Shown piece after piece: positions 50,506 through 60,201 of a stretch of DNA of 64,000 bases. The notes below the pieces were generated by a model. That model was given only the letters and a program-made list of their open reading frames with translations. It was not told where the DNA came from and ran no database searches. Made by a program: the position numbers and the translations under genes. The stretch lies in assembly GCA_050014195.1 (NCBI GenBank), contig JBEKDT010000010.1, positions 32,001 to 96,000 on the forward strand, read 5' to 3'. This DNA comes from Desulfomonilia bacterium. Lineage in GTDB: Bacteria; Desulfobacterota; Desulfomonilia; UBA1062. Position 1 is the stretch's first letter; each line of letters begins with the position of its first letter.

Positions 50506-53496
50506 ATGGGGATAATCAGGTCATGGAAGACCTTACGGTCTTCTATTATTATAATAAGTATAATGGTCTGTTATGCCTTCTTATTCTCTGGGACAGGATT
50601 TGCCCAGGAATGGGAATGGCAGAACCCCCTTCCTCAGGGTAATAGTCTGAATGCCACATGGAGTTGTTCGAACAATGATGTTTTTGCCGTTGGATATAAT
50701 GGCACGATCCTTCACTATGACGGCAACACCTGGAGCACCATGCTCAGTGGGACCACCAATAATCTATGGTGTATCTGGGGTACTGCAAATAATGATCTCT
50801 TTGCAGTTGGATACAGTGGTACGATACTGCACTATGACGGCCATACCTGGAATAGCATGGCCAGCGGAACCACAAATTACCTATGGGGAGTCTGGGGCGT
50901 TTCCACCAAAGATGTCTATGCTGTTGGATATAATGGAACCATCCTTCATTATGACGGCATCAAATGGACCAACATGAACAGCGGAACCACTAACACCCTA
51001 AGGGGAATTTGGGGCTGTTCGAGCAACGATATATATGCTGTTGGATATAACGGTACGATCCTTCACTATGATGGCTCTGTATGGACCAGCATGTCTACGG
51101 GAGTGAGCAGAGATCTTTTGAGTGTCTGCGGCAGCTCGAGAACCGATGTCTATGCTGTCGGATATGATGGTGCAATGCTTCACTACAATGGTTCCTCTTG
51201 GAGCATCATGATCACAGGGACCCATAAGGATCTTCTAAGCATCTGGTGCAGTTCGGCAGCCAGTGTATATGTCGTCGGTGATGCAGGTTCAATCCTGCAC
51301 TATGATGGCAGCACCTGGATCTTGATGAATAGCGATAAGACATCTAATCTTTATGGTGTCCAGGGCACTTCTGATCACAGTATATTTGCCGTAGGGGCTG
51401 GAGGAACAATCTTGCGCTATGATGGCAGCATATGGGCCTCGATGACAAACGGCAAGAAGAATAACCTGTTGGCCATTTTGGGTAACTCAAAAACCGACAT
51501 CCTTACAGCTGGTTCCGAGGGTACTGTCTTGCGATATGACGGCAGTGCATGGAACTCCATGAACACAGGGATTAGCAGCACGATGAATTGTGTCTGGAGA
51601 AGCCCGGGCAACAATGTCTTTGCTGTTGGTTATAATGGTACTATCATGAACTTTAACGGAAGCACATGGACAACTATGCCCAGCGGGACTACCAACACCC
51701 TTATGGGTATCTGGGGAACCTCTGACAATAATGCCTTTATCGTCGGATATAATGGTACGATTCTGCATTATGACGGCAGCACCTGGAGCCCGATTAGCAG
51801 TGGAACAACCTTAAATCTCAATAGTATCTGGGGTACCTCAAGCAATGATATATTTGCAGTAGGAGAACAAGGCACGATTCTCCACTATGACGGCACCAAG
51901 TGGACCAGTATGTCTAAAGGAACAGCTATTAACCTGATGGAAATATGGGGAAGCTCATCATCCGATGTCTTTATTGTGGGGGACACAGGCACGATCAAGC
52001 ACTATGATGGTAGAACCTGGAGCCTAATGAACAGTGGGACATCCTCTCTCCTTAATGGTGTATGGGGCACATCAGGCAGTGATGTGTTTGCTGTAGGTGA
52101 GCTGGGCACAGTACTTCACTATGACGGCACTGCATGGAGTACGATGAGTAAGGGGACGAGTAATGCCCTTATCAAAGTCTGGGGCAGCTCGCCAAAAGAT
52201 GTCTTTGCTGTCGGTGATGCGGGGACCATCCTGCACTATAATTCAGAGACGCCTTCATCCCCGTCTTCTTCACCTTCTATTTCGGATATGGCCATTTCCA
52301 AAAATATCACAGACACAGTTGTTCCACCGGCTGTGATTTTAGCTGATCAACCAAAAGAACTGAATTCCTCCCCACAGAAAAGTCTTAAGGATGGTACGAC
52401 CGGCAACTCCCTTAAACAGGATCGTATATTAAGTAATCCTGTAACCAACGTTGCATCCTTATCCGTTACCGACCAGGCAGTGAATCATTCGAAAAAAATT
52501 GTTGCCGACAACTCGGTTGCACTGCCATACCAGGATTATTCAGACTATGACCCGACAACTTCCAGCCAATCAGTGAGTGATGCGGAAAAAATATCTGCGA
52601 GCACCTCGGTCGAGCAATTACCTAAGGTTAGTGCGGTTAATGACAAGGCAGTTGTCAACAAAACAGGAATTGAGAAAGAAAACCATTCAGACGGCACACA
52701 GATCTCGCAACTATCCATAGCTGAAGTTGGCGATGAAAAAACCATTGATAGTCAACGAGGAAATGACCCCAAAACCATATCAGCGAAAACCCAAGACGCA
52801 CAGTCATCCACGACTGAAGCAGGCTTTGATCAGACGGCCATAAGCAAACAACCTGTACCTGTGACAGAAAAAATAGCAACCAACACAATGGTCTCGCAGT
52901 CACCTATGGCTGAAGTTGGTGATGATAAAACTGTCGCCCCTCAACGAAGAAATGACACCAAAACCATAGCCGACAATACCCAAGTCACACAGTCTTCCAC
53001 GACTGAAGCAGGTTACGATCAGACAGCCATAAACACACCTGTACCTGTGATAGAAAAAATAGCTGCCGACACAATGGTCTCGCAGCCAAACCAAGCCAAT
53101 GTAGTAGTAAATGATCTGAAAATTATTGATGCTGACATCATCCAGCGCAATATCGCTCTTTCCAGCAGCAATCATGATATTCTTTTCTCTACACCATCCA
53201 ATCATCAGATAGACAAAGCACCAATAGTGGCTCCCATACTCTCTGGTAGTAGTCCGAAAGTACATCATGTTTTTGAATACGCGATAAATCCTGGTCCTAC
53301 AGGTACTGGACAAAAGAAAAATACCGCGCCAAATCTTGGAAGTAATAAAATTGAAGGTAATGAAAATGCTGGAAGTAGTTCAATGGCTGATTACATTTCA
53401 TATAATCATTTTCTCCAAGATATATCCCTCATTGTTCTTGCAGGTATTGTGTTTATTGGAATTTTGGGTTTTTACAGAAGACGCGAGAGCAACTGA
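50506..53496 (+). CDS. Large surface protein: 14 x 39-aa beta-propeller-type repeats, Ser/Thr/Gln-rich stalk, C-terminal TM anchor
   Basis: ATG 50506 follows GAGGT; signal peptide ..GFA|QEWEWQNPLPQGN; repeats L.xIWGxSxxDVFAVGxxGTILHYDGxxWxxMxSGT; ends LIVLAGIVFIGILGFYRRRESN. Confidence 0.88.
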   Translation: MGIIRSWKTLRSSIIIISIMVCYAFLFSGTGFAQEWEWQNPLPQGNSLNATWSCSNNDVFAVGYNGTILHYDGNTWSTMLSGTTNNLWCIWGTANNDLFAVGYSGTILHYDGHTWNSMASGTTNYLWGVWGVSTKDVYAVGYNGTILHYDGIKWTNMNSGTTNTLRGIWGCSSNDIYAVGYNGTILHYDGSVWTSMSTGVSRDLLSVCGSSRTDVYAVGYDGAMLHYNGSSWSIMITGTHKDLLSIWCSSAASVYVVGDAGSILHYDGSTWILMNSDKTSNLYGVQGTSDHSIFAVGAGGTILRYDGSIWASMTNGKKNNLLAILGNSKTDILTAGSEGTVLRYDGSAWNSMNTGISSTMNCVWRSPGNNVFAVGYNGTIMNFNGSTWTTMPSGTTNTLMGIWGTSDNNAFIVGYNGTILHYDGSTWSPISSGTTLNLNSIWGTSSNDIFAVGEQGTILHYDGTKWTSMSKGTAINLMEIWGSSSSDVFIVGDTGTIKHYDGRTWSLMNSGTSSLLNGVWGTSGSDVFAVGELGTVLHYDGTAWSTMSKGTSNALIKVWGSSPKDVFAVGDAGTILHYNSETPSSPSSSPSISDMAISKNITDTVVPPAVILADQPKELNSSPQKSLKDGTTGNSLKQDRILSNPVTNVASLSVTDQAVNHSKKIVADNSVALPYQDYSDYDPTTSSQSVSDAEKISASTSVEQLPKVSAVNDKAVVNKTGIEKENHSDGTQISQLSIAEVGDEKTIDSQRGNDPKTISAKTQDAQSSTTEAGFDQTAISKQPVPVTEKIATNTMVSQSPMAEVGDDKTVAPQRRNDTKTIADNTQVTQSSTTEAGYDQTAINTPVPVIEKIAADTMVSQPNQANVVVNDLKIIDADIIQRNIALSSSNHDILFSTPSNHQIDKAPIVAPILSGSSPKVHHVFEYAINPGPTGTGQKKNTAPNLGSNKIEGNENAGSSSMADYISYNHFLQDISLIVLAGIVFIGILGFYRRRESN
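50640..52242 (+). repeat. 14 tandem 117-bp (39-aa) degenerate repeats
   Basis: GTILHYDG-type motif counted 14 times; the first two are at 50701 and 50818 (period 117). Confidence 0.85.
52700..53085 (+). repeat. Two-copy ~189-bp (63-aa) tandem duplication in the stalk
   Basis: GCTGAAGTTGG (AEVGD) at 52720 and 52909; both copies contain QSSTTEAGxDQTAI..PVPVxEKIA..TMVSQ. Confidence 0.85.
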
Positions 53497-53542
53497 TTTC
53501 CTGAAAACTCAGTACAAATAACCTCATCCTGAATAGTTATCA

Positions 53543-53641
53543 AGTAACAATCATATTTATTATGTTACTCTTAAAACAACCTTGGTTTAATAAGTATTTT
53601 TCCCTTTACAAAATAGTAACAATATGATAAATAATGTTACT
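53543..53641. promoter_or_regulatory. Two palindromic operator-like sites AGTAACA-N13-TGTTACT
   Basis: Copies at 53543-53569 and 53615-53641; TATAAT follows at 53645-53650, 11 bp before the HTH gene start. Confidence 0.75.
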
Positions 53642-53661
53642 TAGTATAATGCCAAAAAATA

Positions 53662-54375
53662 ATGGAATGGACAAACAGGAAAAACATGTTGCTCCGGTTC
53701 TTTTTACAGCAACGACTTCATGAATATGGCAGGCAAGATAGGGAGTACAACAAGTATTCCTGGAAAAAATATACTGCCTGCCTTCTCATGATCACAAACT
53801 TAAGCCTCAAGGATATCGCCCGATATACCGGGGTTTCTTATGGCCTTTTAAGAAAGTGGAGAACAGAAACATTATTTAAGCAAATGATGAATAAAAACAA
53901 AGAAGAGTATCTTAACTTCTTTGATATGTTCATAACAGAGATGTTAAAGACTCCTTATCAGAGAGAGGATGTCATCTTATCTAACTGGAAAGAACTGAAG
54001 AGTTCACCTACACAAGATCCTGAAGTGTTTGGTATGGCAAAATTAGTGTTGAATGAACTGAATAATCAAAAAAGTTATGCAGTCCATAATACTCTAAAAA
54101 AATCTATGTTGAATCTGTTTCTGAAAAGATACAAAGATAATGAATATGTTGTGACGTTCTTCCGATACCCCATAATTGCTGATTTGATTACTGCAGAAAC
54201 TGTAAAAGAGGGTGACTGTGCATTGGTACCAGTTCTCCAGATGTATGTAGACTGGTGCCTTAATCGTATACCCGACGGGTTTGATGGATATTCTGAAAAA
54301 AAGGTGCTTTCATTCACCTTTATTAAAATGAAAGAGTATTTAGATATAGTAAGAAAAGAATCATATCCAAGTTAA
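53662..54375 (+). CDS. Hypothetical protein with N-terminal helix-turn-helix
   Basis: LSLKDIARYTGVSYGLLRKWRTE is a clear HTH; the remainder is unrecognised; AT-rich. Confidence 0.75.
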   Translation: MEWTNRKNMLLRFFLQQRLHEYGRQDREYNKYSWKKYTACLLMITNLSLKDIARYTGVSYGLLRKWRTETLFKQMMNKNKEEYLNFFDMFITEMLKTPYQREDVILSNWKELKSSPTQDPEVFGMAKLVLNELNNQKSYAVHNTLKKSMLNLFLKRYKDNEYVVTFFRYPIIADLITAETVKEGDCALVPVLQMYVDWCLNRIPDGFDGYSEKKVLSFTFIKMKEYLDIVRKESYPS

Positions 54376-54499
54376 TTAAATAAAATCTAACATGGTTTTC
54401 AGAAGAATATATATGAAATCGTTTCACCTGAAAAAGCTCGGCAAATGATTTCTATTAACTTGTCCCTGCCTGATCATTCATGTAAATATCCAAGCTACC

Positions 54500-56263
54500 A
54501 TGTGTCAGATCAAAATCTTATCCCAGGATCTCATCAACCAAATCGCTGCCGGGGAAGTCATCGAGCGGCCGGCATCGGTGGTAAAGGAACTCCTCGAGAA
54601 TGCCATAGATGCCGGGGCAGAAAGCATTTCCGTGGAAATGGAGGGCAACGGCCTGGGGCTTATCCGGGTATCCGATGATGGGGCCGGGATGGGCGAGGAG
54701 GAGCTGGAGCTTGCCATCCGGCGCCACGCCACGAGCAAGATCAGCACCGTGGATGACCTGTTTGCCATTCACACACTTGGTTTCCGTGGAGAGGCCTTGC
54801 CCAGCATTCTATCCGTGAGCAGGGCTGTGATATCCACCAGGCAGGCGGCATCACCCTATGGATATTCCGTAGATCTGGAAGCAGGTTCGATTTCAAGGCG
54901 CACCAAAAAGGGGATACCTCCCGGGACCATCGTTGAGGTGGCCGACCTGTTCTTCAACACCCCTGCACGCAGAAAGTTCCTTAAGACAGCTGCCACTGAG
55001 CAGAGGAATGTCATCGACGTGGTCTCCCGCTATGCCATGGCCTACCCGCACATACGCTTCGCACTTGAGGCCAATGGCAGGTCTATGCTGAACTTTCCGG
55101 CTTGTTCCAATCTGATTGACCGGGTATCAACCGTGCTCGGCACTAAGCAGACCGGCAATATCGTCCCGTTCAGGAGAGAGTTGCCGGGTATAACGGTTCA
55201 TGGGCTCATATCCTCACCAAGCGAGACGAGACAGAACAGGTCGGGTATTTATGCGTATGTGAACAATCGGTCCGTCAAAGATGTGCTGCTGGGTTCTGCA
55301 GTCATGGAAGGGTACAGCGGTCTGCTCATGAAGGGAAGATTCCCGGTGGCAGTACTCTTTGTGGATGTGGATCCTTCTGAGGTGGATGTAAACGTGCACC
55401 CGGCAAAGGCCGAGGTGAGGTTCAGGCATGCCTCTGCTACGTTCGGCATAGTGGCGAAGACCATCAAAGAGATGCTGGTGCCGGGGAGGAAGGTCGGGGC
55501 GGATTATCCCGGAATTGCCATGCCGTCCTCGGCCCCCCGCGATGACGGATCAGGATACACATCTCTTGAGGTCCGTGAAGGTATGTCGGTAGTGTACGGC
55601 CCCAAGGCCATGGCCCGGATGCAGGCCGGCAGGCTCTTTGACGAAACAGATCAACCCGATCAGGCCGGATTCTCCTATTCAGATAAGACCGTCATCGGCA
55701 TGCTCCATGCCACCTATGTCCTTCTGCAGGATGACTCAGCGCTCTACCTCTTGGACCAGCATGCAGCACATGAAAGGATTACTTTTGAGCGGCTCATGGC
55801 ACTGCACACTGCAGGTCCTTTAAACACCCAGCTTCTTCTAACCCCCCTCATCCTGGAACTGAGTTCGGCTGAATTCAATGCCTTTGAGGAGGCATTTGAG
55901 CAGATCATGGCCATCGGCATCGACTGCGAGCCATTCGGCGGCACAACAATAGCCATCAGGGCAGTGCCGCAACCTCTCAGTGAGGCTGACATCAAAGGCG
56001 CGGTATTCGGACTGATCCATGCGCTCATGGAAGGAGAACTCCACACCGACAAGGCATACAGCAACCGCTTCAGTTCAATGATCGCTACTGTTGCCTGTCA
56101 TGCGAGTGTTCGTGCAGGTAAGACCCTTACCGCTCCGGAAGCCGTGAACCTTCTGAAGGAACTCGACGAGGTAGGATCACCCATTACATGCCCGCACGGC
56201 AGACCCTTGTTCAGAAAAATCACCCTGGAGGAGATTGAGCGGTGCCTCGGCAGGAGGGCTTGA
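54500..56263 (+). CDS. mutL: DNA mismatch repair protein MutL
   Basis: IAAGEVIERPASVVKELLENAIDAGA, HATSKI, GFRGEAL, DVNVHPAK, endonuclease motif DQHAAHERITFE, ACH and CPHGRP. Confidence 0.98.
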   Translation: MCQIKILSQDLINQIAAGEVIERPASVVKELLENAIDAGAESISVEMEGNGLGLIRVSDDGAGMGEEELELAIRRHATSKISTVDDLFAIHTLGFRGEALPSILSVSRAVISTRQAASPYGYSVDLEAGSISRRTKKGIPPGTIVEVADLFFNTPARRKFLKTAATEQRNVIDVVSRYAMAYPHIRFALEANGRSMLNFPACSNLIDRVSTVLGTKQTGNIVPFRRELPGITVHGLISSPSETRQNRSGIYAYVNNRSVKDVLLGSAVMEGYSGLLMKGRFPVAVLFVDVDPSEVDVNVHPAKAEVRFRHASATFGIVAKTIKEMLVPGRKVGADYPGIAMPSSAPRDDGSGYTSLEVREGMSVVYGPKAMARMQAGRLFDETDQPDQAGFSYSDKTVIGMLHATYVLLQDDSALYLLDQHAAHERITFERLMALHTAGPLNTQLLLTPLILELSSAEFNAFEEAFEQIMAIGIDCEPFGGTTIAIRAVPQPLSEADIKGAVFGLIHALMEGELHTDKAYSNRFSSMIATVACHASVRAGKTLTAPEAVNLLKELDEVGSPITCPHGRPLFRKITLEEIERCLGRRA

Positions 56264-57171
56264 TCGTCATCACCGGCCCCACAGGCTCGGGCAAGACAGG
56301 TCTTGTGTTTGAACTTTCCCGACATCACCCCATCGAAGTGATCTCTGCCGATTCCATGCAGGTCTATTGTTACATGGACATCGCAACAGCCAAGCCCAGC
56401 CCGGAACAGCTCTCCGCCCTTCCCCACCACCTCATTGACATTGTCCGCCCCGACCAGGAGTTCCAGGCAGCGATGTTTGTCAAGATGGCCCATGACAAGA
56501 TTACCGAGGTGATGACCAGGGGGAAGATTCCGGTTATCGTTGGGGGTACCGGTCTCTACATCAAGGCCCTTATTTATGGCCTCGCGCCCGCTCCTGCCCG
56601 AGAAGAGCGGATCAGGAAGGTCTTAAGATCCATCATCGAAAAAAGAGGTATTGCATACCTTGTATCCATGCTGGAAAAGCTGGATCCTTTTGCGGCCTCT
56701 GTAATCAAGAAAAATGATGCGATACGCCTCATCCGAACTCTGGAGATCATCTTCCTGACCGGGCATAAAGCGAGCAACATCTATGCAAAACATGGATTTT
56801 TAAAACCACTGTTCGATGCAAGGATTGCCTGCATCATGCCCGAGCGTGACCAGCTCTTTAGAAACATCGACCAAAGGACTGTTAAGATGATTGATGAAGG
56901 CCTGCTTGATGAGACCAGAAGGCTTCTCGATATGGGTTACGGCACAGAGCTTCACTCCATGCAGACATTAGCATACAAGCATGCTGTTAGGCACATGAAT
57001 GGGGAGATAGATCTTGATGAGACCCTGCGTTTCATACAGCGTGACACAAGGCGATACGCCAAACGCCAGATAACGTGGATGAAGGCCAGGCCTGATCATA
57101 TCTTTCTCGATTCTTTGGATAAAGCATATGAAGCGGCATCTGTATGGCTGGATGAACAGGATAGGGCATGA
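56242..57171 (+). CDS. miaA: tRNA dimethylallyltransferase
   Basis: GPTGSGKT, SADSMQVY, TAKP, PHHLID, VGGTGLY and TRRYAKRQITW. Confidence 0.97.
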   Translation: MPRQEGLIVITGPTGSGKTGLVFELSRHHPIEVISADSMQVYCYMDIATAKPSPEQLSALPHHLIDIVRPDQEFQAAMFVKMAHDKITEVMTRGKIPVIVGGTGLYIKALIYGLAPAPAREERIRKVLRSIIEKRGIAYLVSMLEKLDPFAASVIKKNDAIRLIRTLEIIFLTGHKASNIYAKHGFLKPLFDARIACIMPERDQLFRNIDQRTVKMIDEGLLDETRRLLDMGYGTELHSMQTLAYKHAVRHMNGEIDLDETLRFIQRDTRRYAKRQITWMKARPDHIFLDSLDKAYEAASVWLDEQDRA

Positions 57172-57301
57172 TGGTGTTCTAGGTATAGGTTTCTTTTGTA
57201 TCAACATATCCGATACCTCCACGGAAGAGAACATCTTCCACAAGGAAGCCAAAGCTGAAAGCTTGTAGCCTATTTGAATAAGCTTATGCTAAACAAGCCG
57301 T

Positions 57302-58069
57302 GTGTCACATACATCTAAAAGATTTTTAGAAAGGCGGCTGAGGAAGAAAGTAGGCCAAGCCATATACGACTACCGTATGATCGAGCACGGCAACAGGGTG
57401 CTTGTTGCCATCTCCGGCGGCATAGATTCCATTGTGATGATGAAGATCCTTGCAGCCCTGAAGGAGGCTGCACCGGTGGAGTGTGAGCTCATCCCAGTCC
57501 ACGTGAGGACAGGCTTTGAAAAGGATTTCGAACGGGTAGCGTACTGGATTGAAGACAACCTGGGTTATAAAGTCCTGATTCACGACAGTGAAATCTCCCA
57601 GATCATGGACATTGCGGCGGATCCTGAAAAGAGCGCCTGTGCCTTATGCTCAAGACTCAGACGCGGCATACTCTACAGCCTGGCCCAAGAGATGGGAGCC
57701 GCTTCCATAGCCCTAGGACATCACATGGATGACATTATCGAAACATTTTTTCTGCGCTGTTTTTATACGGGTCAGATCGGGGCAATGGCACCTGCACGGT
57801 ATTCGGACGACGGAAAGAACCGTATCATCAGGCCGCTCGCATACTGCCCCGCAGAGCTCATCAAGTCCTATTTCCTGCACCTGGATATCGCGCCTGTGAC
57901 TGTTGCATGCCCAATCAGATCCGACAGTAAGCGTGGCCTCATCCGGGACTATATAAAAAGGATTGAAAATGATATACCATACGTTAAATATTCAGTATTT
58001 GCATCATTGGGGAACATCGACATGAAGAGTTTGTGTGAGAAGGATAATACTCATGCGGATCGAGATTGA
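57302..58069 (+). CDS. ttcA: tRNA 2-thiocytidine biosynthesis TtcA family protein
   Basis: PP-loop SGGIDS, CALCSRLRRG, LGHHMDD and IRPL. Confidence 0.85.
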   Translation: MSHTSKRFLERRLRKKVGQAIYDYRMIEHGNRVLVAISGGIDSIVMMKILAALKEAAPVECELIPVHVRTGFEKDFERVAYWIEDNLGYKVLIHDSEISQIMDIAADPEKSACALCSRLRRGILYSLAQEMGAASIALGHHMDDIIETFFLRCFYTGQIGAMAPARYSDDGKNRIIRPLAYCPAELIKSYFLHLDIAPVTVACPIRSDSKRGLIRDYIKRIENDIPYVKYSVFASLGNIDMKSLCEKDNTHADRD

Positions 58070-58667
58070 TCCGTTCAGACCAAGACCAAGGGCTGTGTCC
58101 CAGGTGGCGGATATCTTGAAGGATGGCGGTATCATTGTGTACCCCACAGATACGGTCTATGGCCTAGGCTGCATGATCACCAATAAACAGGGTATAGAAA
58201 AGATCAATCTTATCAAGACCTCCAAGAAGCCCAAGAGCATCATGCTCTCGGATATCAAGGAGATCAGCCTTTATGCCAAAGTGAGCAACGAGGCCTTCCG
58301 GCTCATGCGGTTGCTGCTGCCCGGCCCATACACATTTATCCTGCCTGCCACACGGCTTGTGCCGAGGCTCTTACAAAGGGGCAGAAAGGCCGTCGGTGTC
58401 AGGATACCTGACCACTGGTTCTGCAAGGCCATTGTCGAGACGGTTGGTGAGCCCATCATAACCACGAGTATCCCGCTTTCTGATGAGCAGATTCATGTCG
58501 ACCCATTGGAGATCGAGTCGCAATTTGGCCATATGGTCGACATAATTGTGGACAGCGGGATCCTGCCCGATATACCCTCCACGATACTCTCGCTTGAAAC
58601 CGACACCCTGGAGATCATCAGGCGTGGACTCGGCACCACTGATATGTTCGAACCCCAGGAGAGGTAG
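58053..58667 (+). CDS. YrdC/Sua5/YciO family (threonylcarbamoyl-AMP synthase-like)
   Basis: YPTDTVYGLGC, LPGPYTFIL, VGVRIPD, TTS and PSTI. Confidence 0.9.
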   Translation: MRIEIDPFRPRPRAVSQVADILKDGGIIVYPTDTVYGLGCMITNKQGIEKINLIKTSKKPKSIMLSDIKEISLYAKVSNEAFRLMRLLLPGPYTFILPATRLVPRLLQRGRKAVGVRIPDHWFCKAIVETVGEPIITTSIPLSDEQIHVDPLEIESQFGHMVDIIVDSGILPDIPSTILSLETDTLEIIRRGLGTTDMFEPQER

Positions 58668-58673
58668 CCAATC

Positions 58674-60137
58674 GTGAAGAAGATGCTGATCAATGCCATA
58701 CACCCGGAAGAGATCAGGGTGGCTGTTGTAGATGAGGGCTTGCTCAAGGAGTTCTATATGGAGAGCGCCTTGAAGGAGCAGCTCAGGGGAAACATCTACA
58801 AGGGAAGGATCTCCAAGATCGAGCACAGCCTTAACGCGGTATTCGTGGATTACGGGCGCGAGAAGCACGGCCTGCTCTCAGTCGGGGACATCAACCCTTC
58901 CCTGATCCCTGATCTGAAGATCGAAAGGAATGTCATGTCATCGCTGCGTAATGGCATGGAAATACTTATCCAGGTGATACGCGAGGAAAAGGGTGCCAAG
59001 GGCGCTCTTCTCACCATGAATATATCCTTGCCCGGACGCTTCCTCGTGCTCCTGCCCCACCAGGGCCTGGCAGGGATCTCCAGAAAGATAGAAGACGAGA
59101 AACAGCGCAAGCGCCTCCGTGAGATCATAGAGCAGCTCAAGCCGCCTGAGAACATGGGCATCATTGTAAGGACAGCCGGTATGGACAAGACCAAGGCAGA
59201 GCTCTCCCGTGACATGACTTACCTTCAGCGGCTATGGAAGAGTATTGAGGAGCAATTCGGCAAGTCATCCTGCCCTAGTACTATCTACAAGGAAGGCGAT
59301 ATCATTATCCGTACCATACGGGACTACCTCACGACGGACACGACCGAGATCCTTATTGACGATGATGAAACCCTTAAGCGTTCAACGCTCTTCATGAAGA
59401 CCGTCATGCCCAGGCAGAAGAGGATAATCAAGCCCTACAAACAGAACAAGCCGCTCTTTACCAAATATGAGCTCGAACAGCAGATCGAGAACATCTTCAA
59501 CAAAAAGGTCAAGCTGAAGTCCGGCGGCACCATTATCATCGAACCTACCGAGGCAATGGTGGTCATCGACGTGAACTCGGGCCAGTCCACGAACAGCAAA
59601 TCCATTGAAGAGACCGCCTTTGAGACAAACAGAGAAGCTGCTTCAGAGATCGCCCGCCAGCTTATCCTGAGAGACTTGGGGGGGCTTGTTGTCATTGACT
59701 TTATCGACATGCGCTCCAAAGAAAACAACCGCGGCGTGGAGAAGGCCTTGCGTGATGCGCTGAAGAACGATCGGGCCCACTTGGTCATCGGCAAGATCTC
59801 CAAGTTCGGTATCCTGGAGCTCTCACGAGAGAGGCTATCACCGCCCCTGCTGGAAAAGAGTCATGTGAAATGCCCTGGCTGTGAAGGGGTCGGGCTTGTA
59901 AGATCGGTGGAATCTTCAACCTTCAAGGCCCTTAGGGAGATCCAGTTGTATCTCTCCAGGAACAAGGCGGCAAAGGTCATGGTGATGATGCCAAAGGAAG
60001 TTGGTTTGTACATACTCAATCAGCAGAAAAAGCACCTCATACGCCTCGAACAGGAATTCACTTCCGAGATCCTTGTGGTGATGAGCGACGCCCTTAAGAT
60101 CGGCCAAATCCAGATTGAACCTGTTGTATCCCCATGA
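58674..60137 (+). CDS. Ribonuclease E/G family (catalytic domain only)
   Basis: GNIYKG, FVDYG, KGA.LT, GISRKI, IDVNSG, LRDLGGLVVIDFIDM and CPGCEGVG. Confidence 0.96.
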   Translation: MKKMLINAIHPEEIRVAVVDEGLLKEFYMESALKEQLRGNIYKGRISKIEHSLNAVFVDYGREKHGLLSVGDINPSLIPDLKIERNVMSSLRNGMEILIQVIREEKGAKGALLTMNISLPGRFLVLLPHQGLAGISRKIEDEKQRKRLREIIEQLKPPENMGIIVRTAGMDKTKAELSRDMTYLQRLWKSIEEQFGKSSCPSTIYKEGDIIIRTIRDYLTTDTTEILIDDDETLKRSTLFMKTVMPRQKRIIKPYKQNKPLFTKYELEQQIENIFNKKVKLKSGGTIIIEPTEAMVVIDVNSGQSTNSKSIEETAFETNREAASEIARQLILRDLGGLVVIDFIDMRSKENNRGVEKALRDALKNDRAHLVIGKISKFGILELSRERLSPPLLEKSHVKCPGCEGVGLVRSVESSTFKALREIQLYLSRNKAAKVMVMMPKEVGLYILNQQKKHLIRLEQEFTSEILVVMSDALKIGQIQIEPVVSP

Positions 60138-60201
60138 AAGAAGGTCCGCCCCTTTGATGTTAAGCCTTTATTTATCAAAGGTATAATGTCTCTTCTTGTC
60201 T

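Noticed and set aside
50640-52242. Regular 117-bp periodicity considered as a CRISPR or DNA-level array
   Set aside because: Repeats are degenerate at synonymous positions and lie in frame in a protein, so they are protein repeats.
53543-53570. TTATGTTACTC considered as the XerD arm of a second dif site
   Set aside because: Only 8/11 match, no XerC-like arm at 6-bp spacing; better explained by the AGTAACA-N13-TGTTACT palindrome.
57302-58069. TtcA with only one full CxxC
   Set aside because: A single distal Cys (ACP) is common in TtcA-family members outside enterobacteria.
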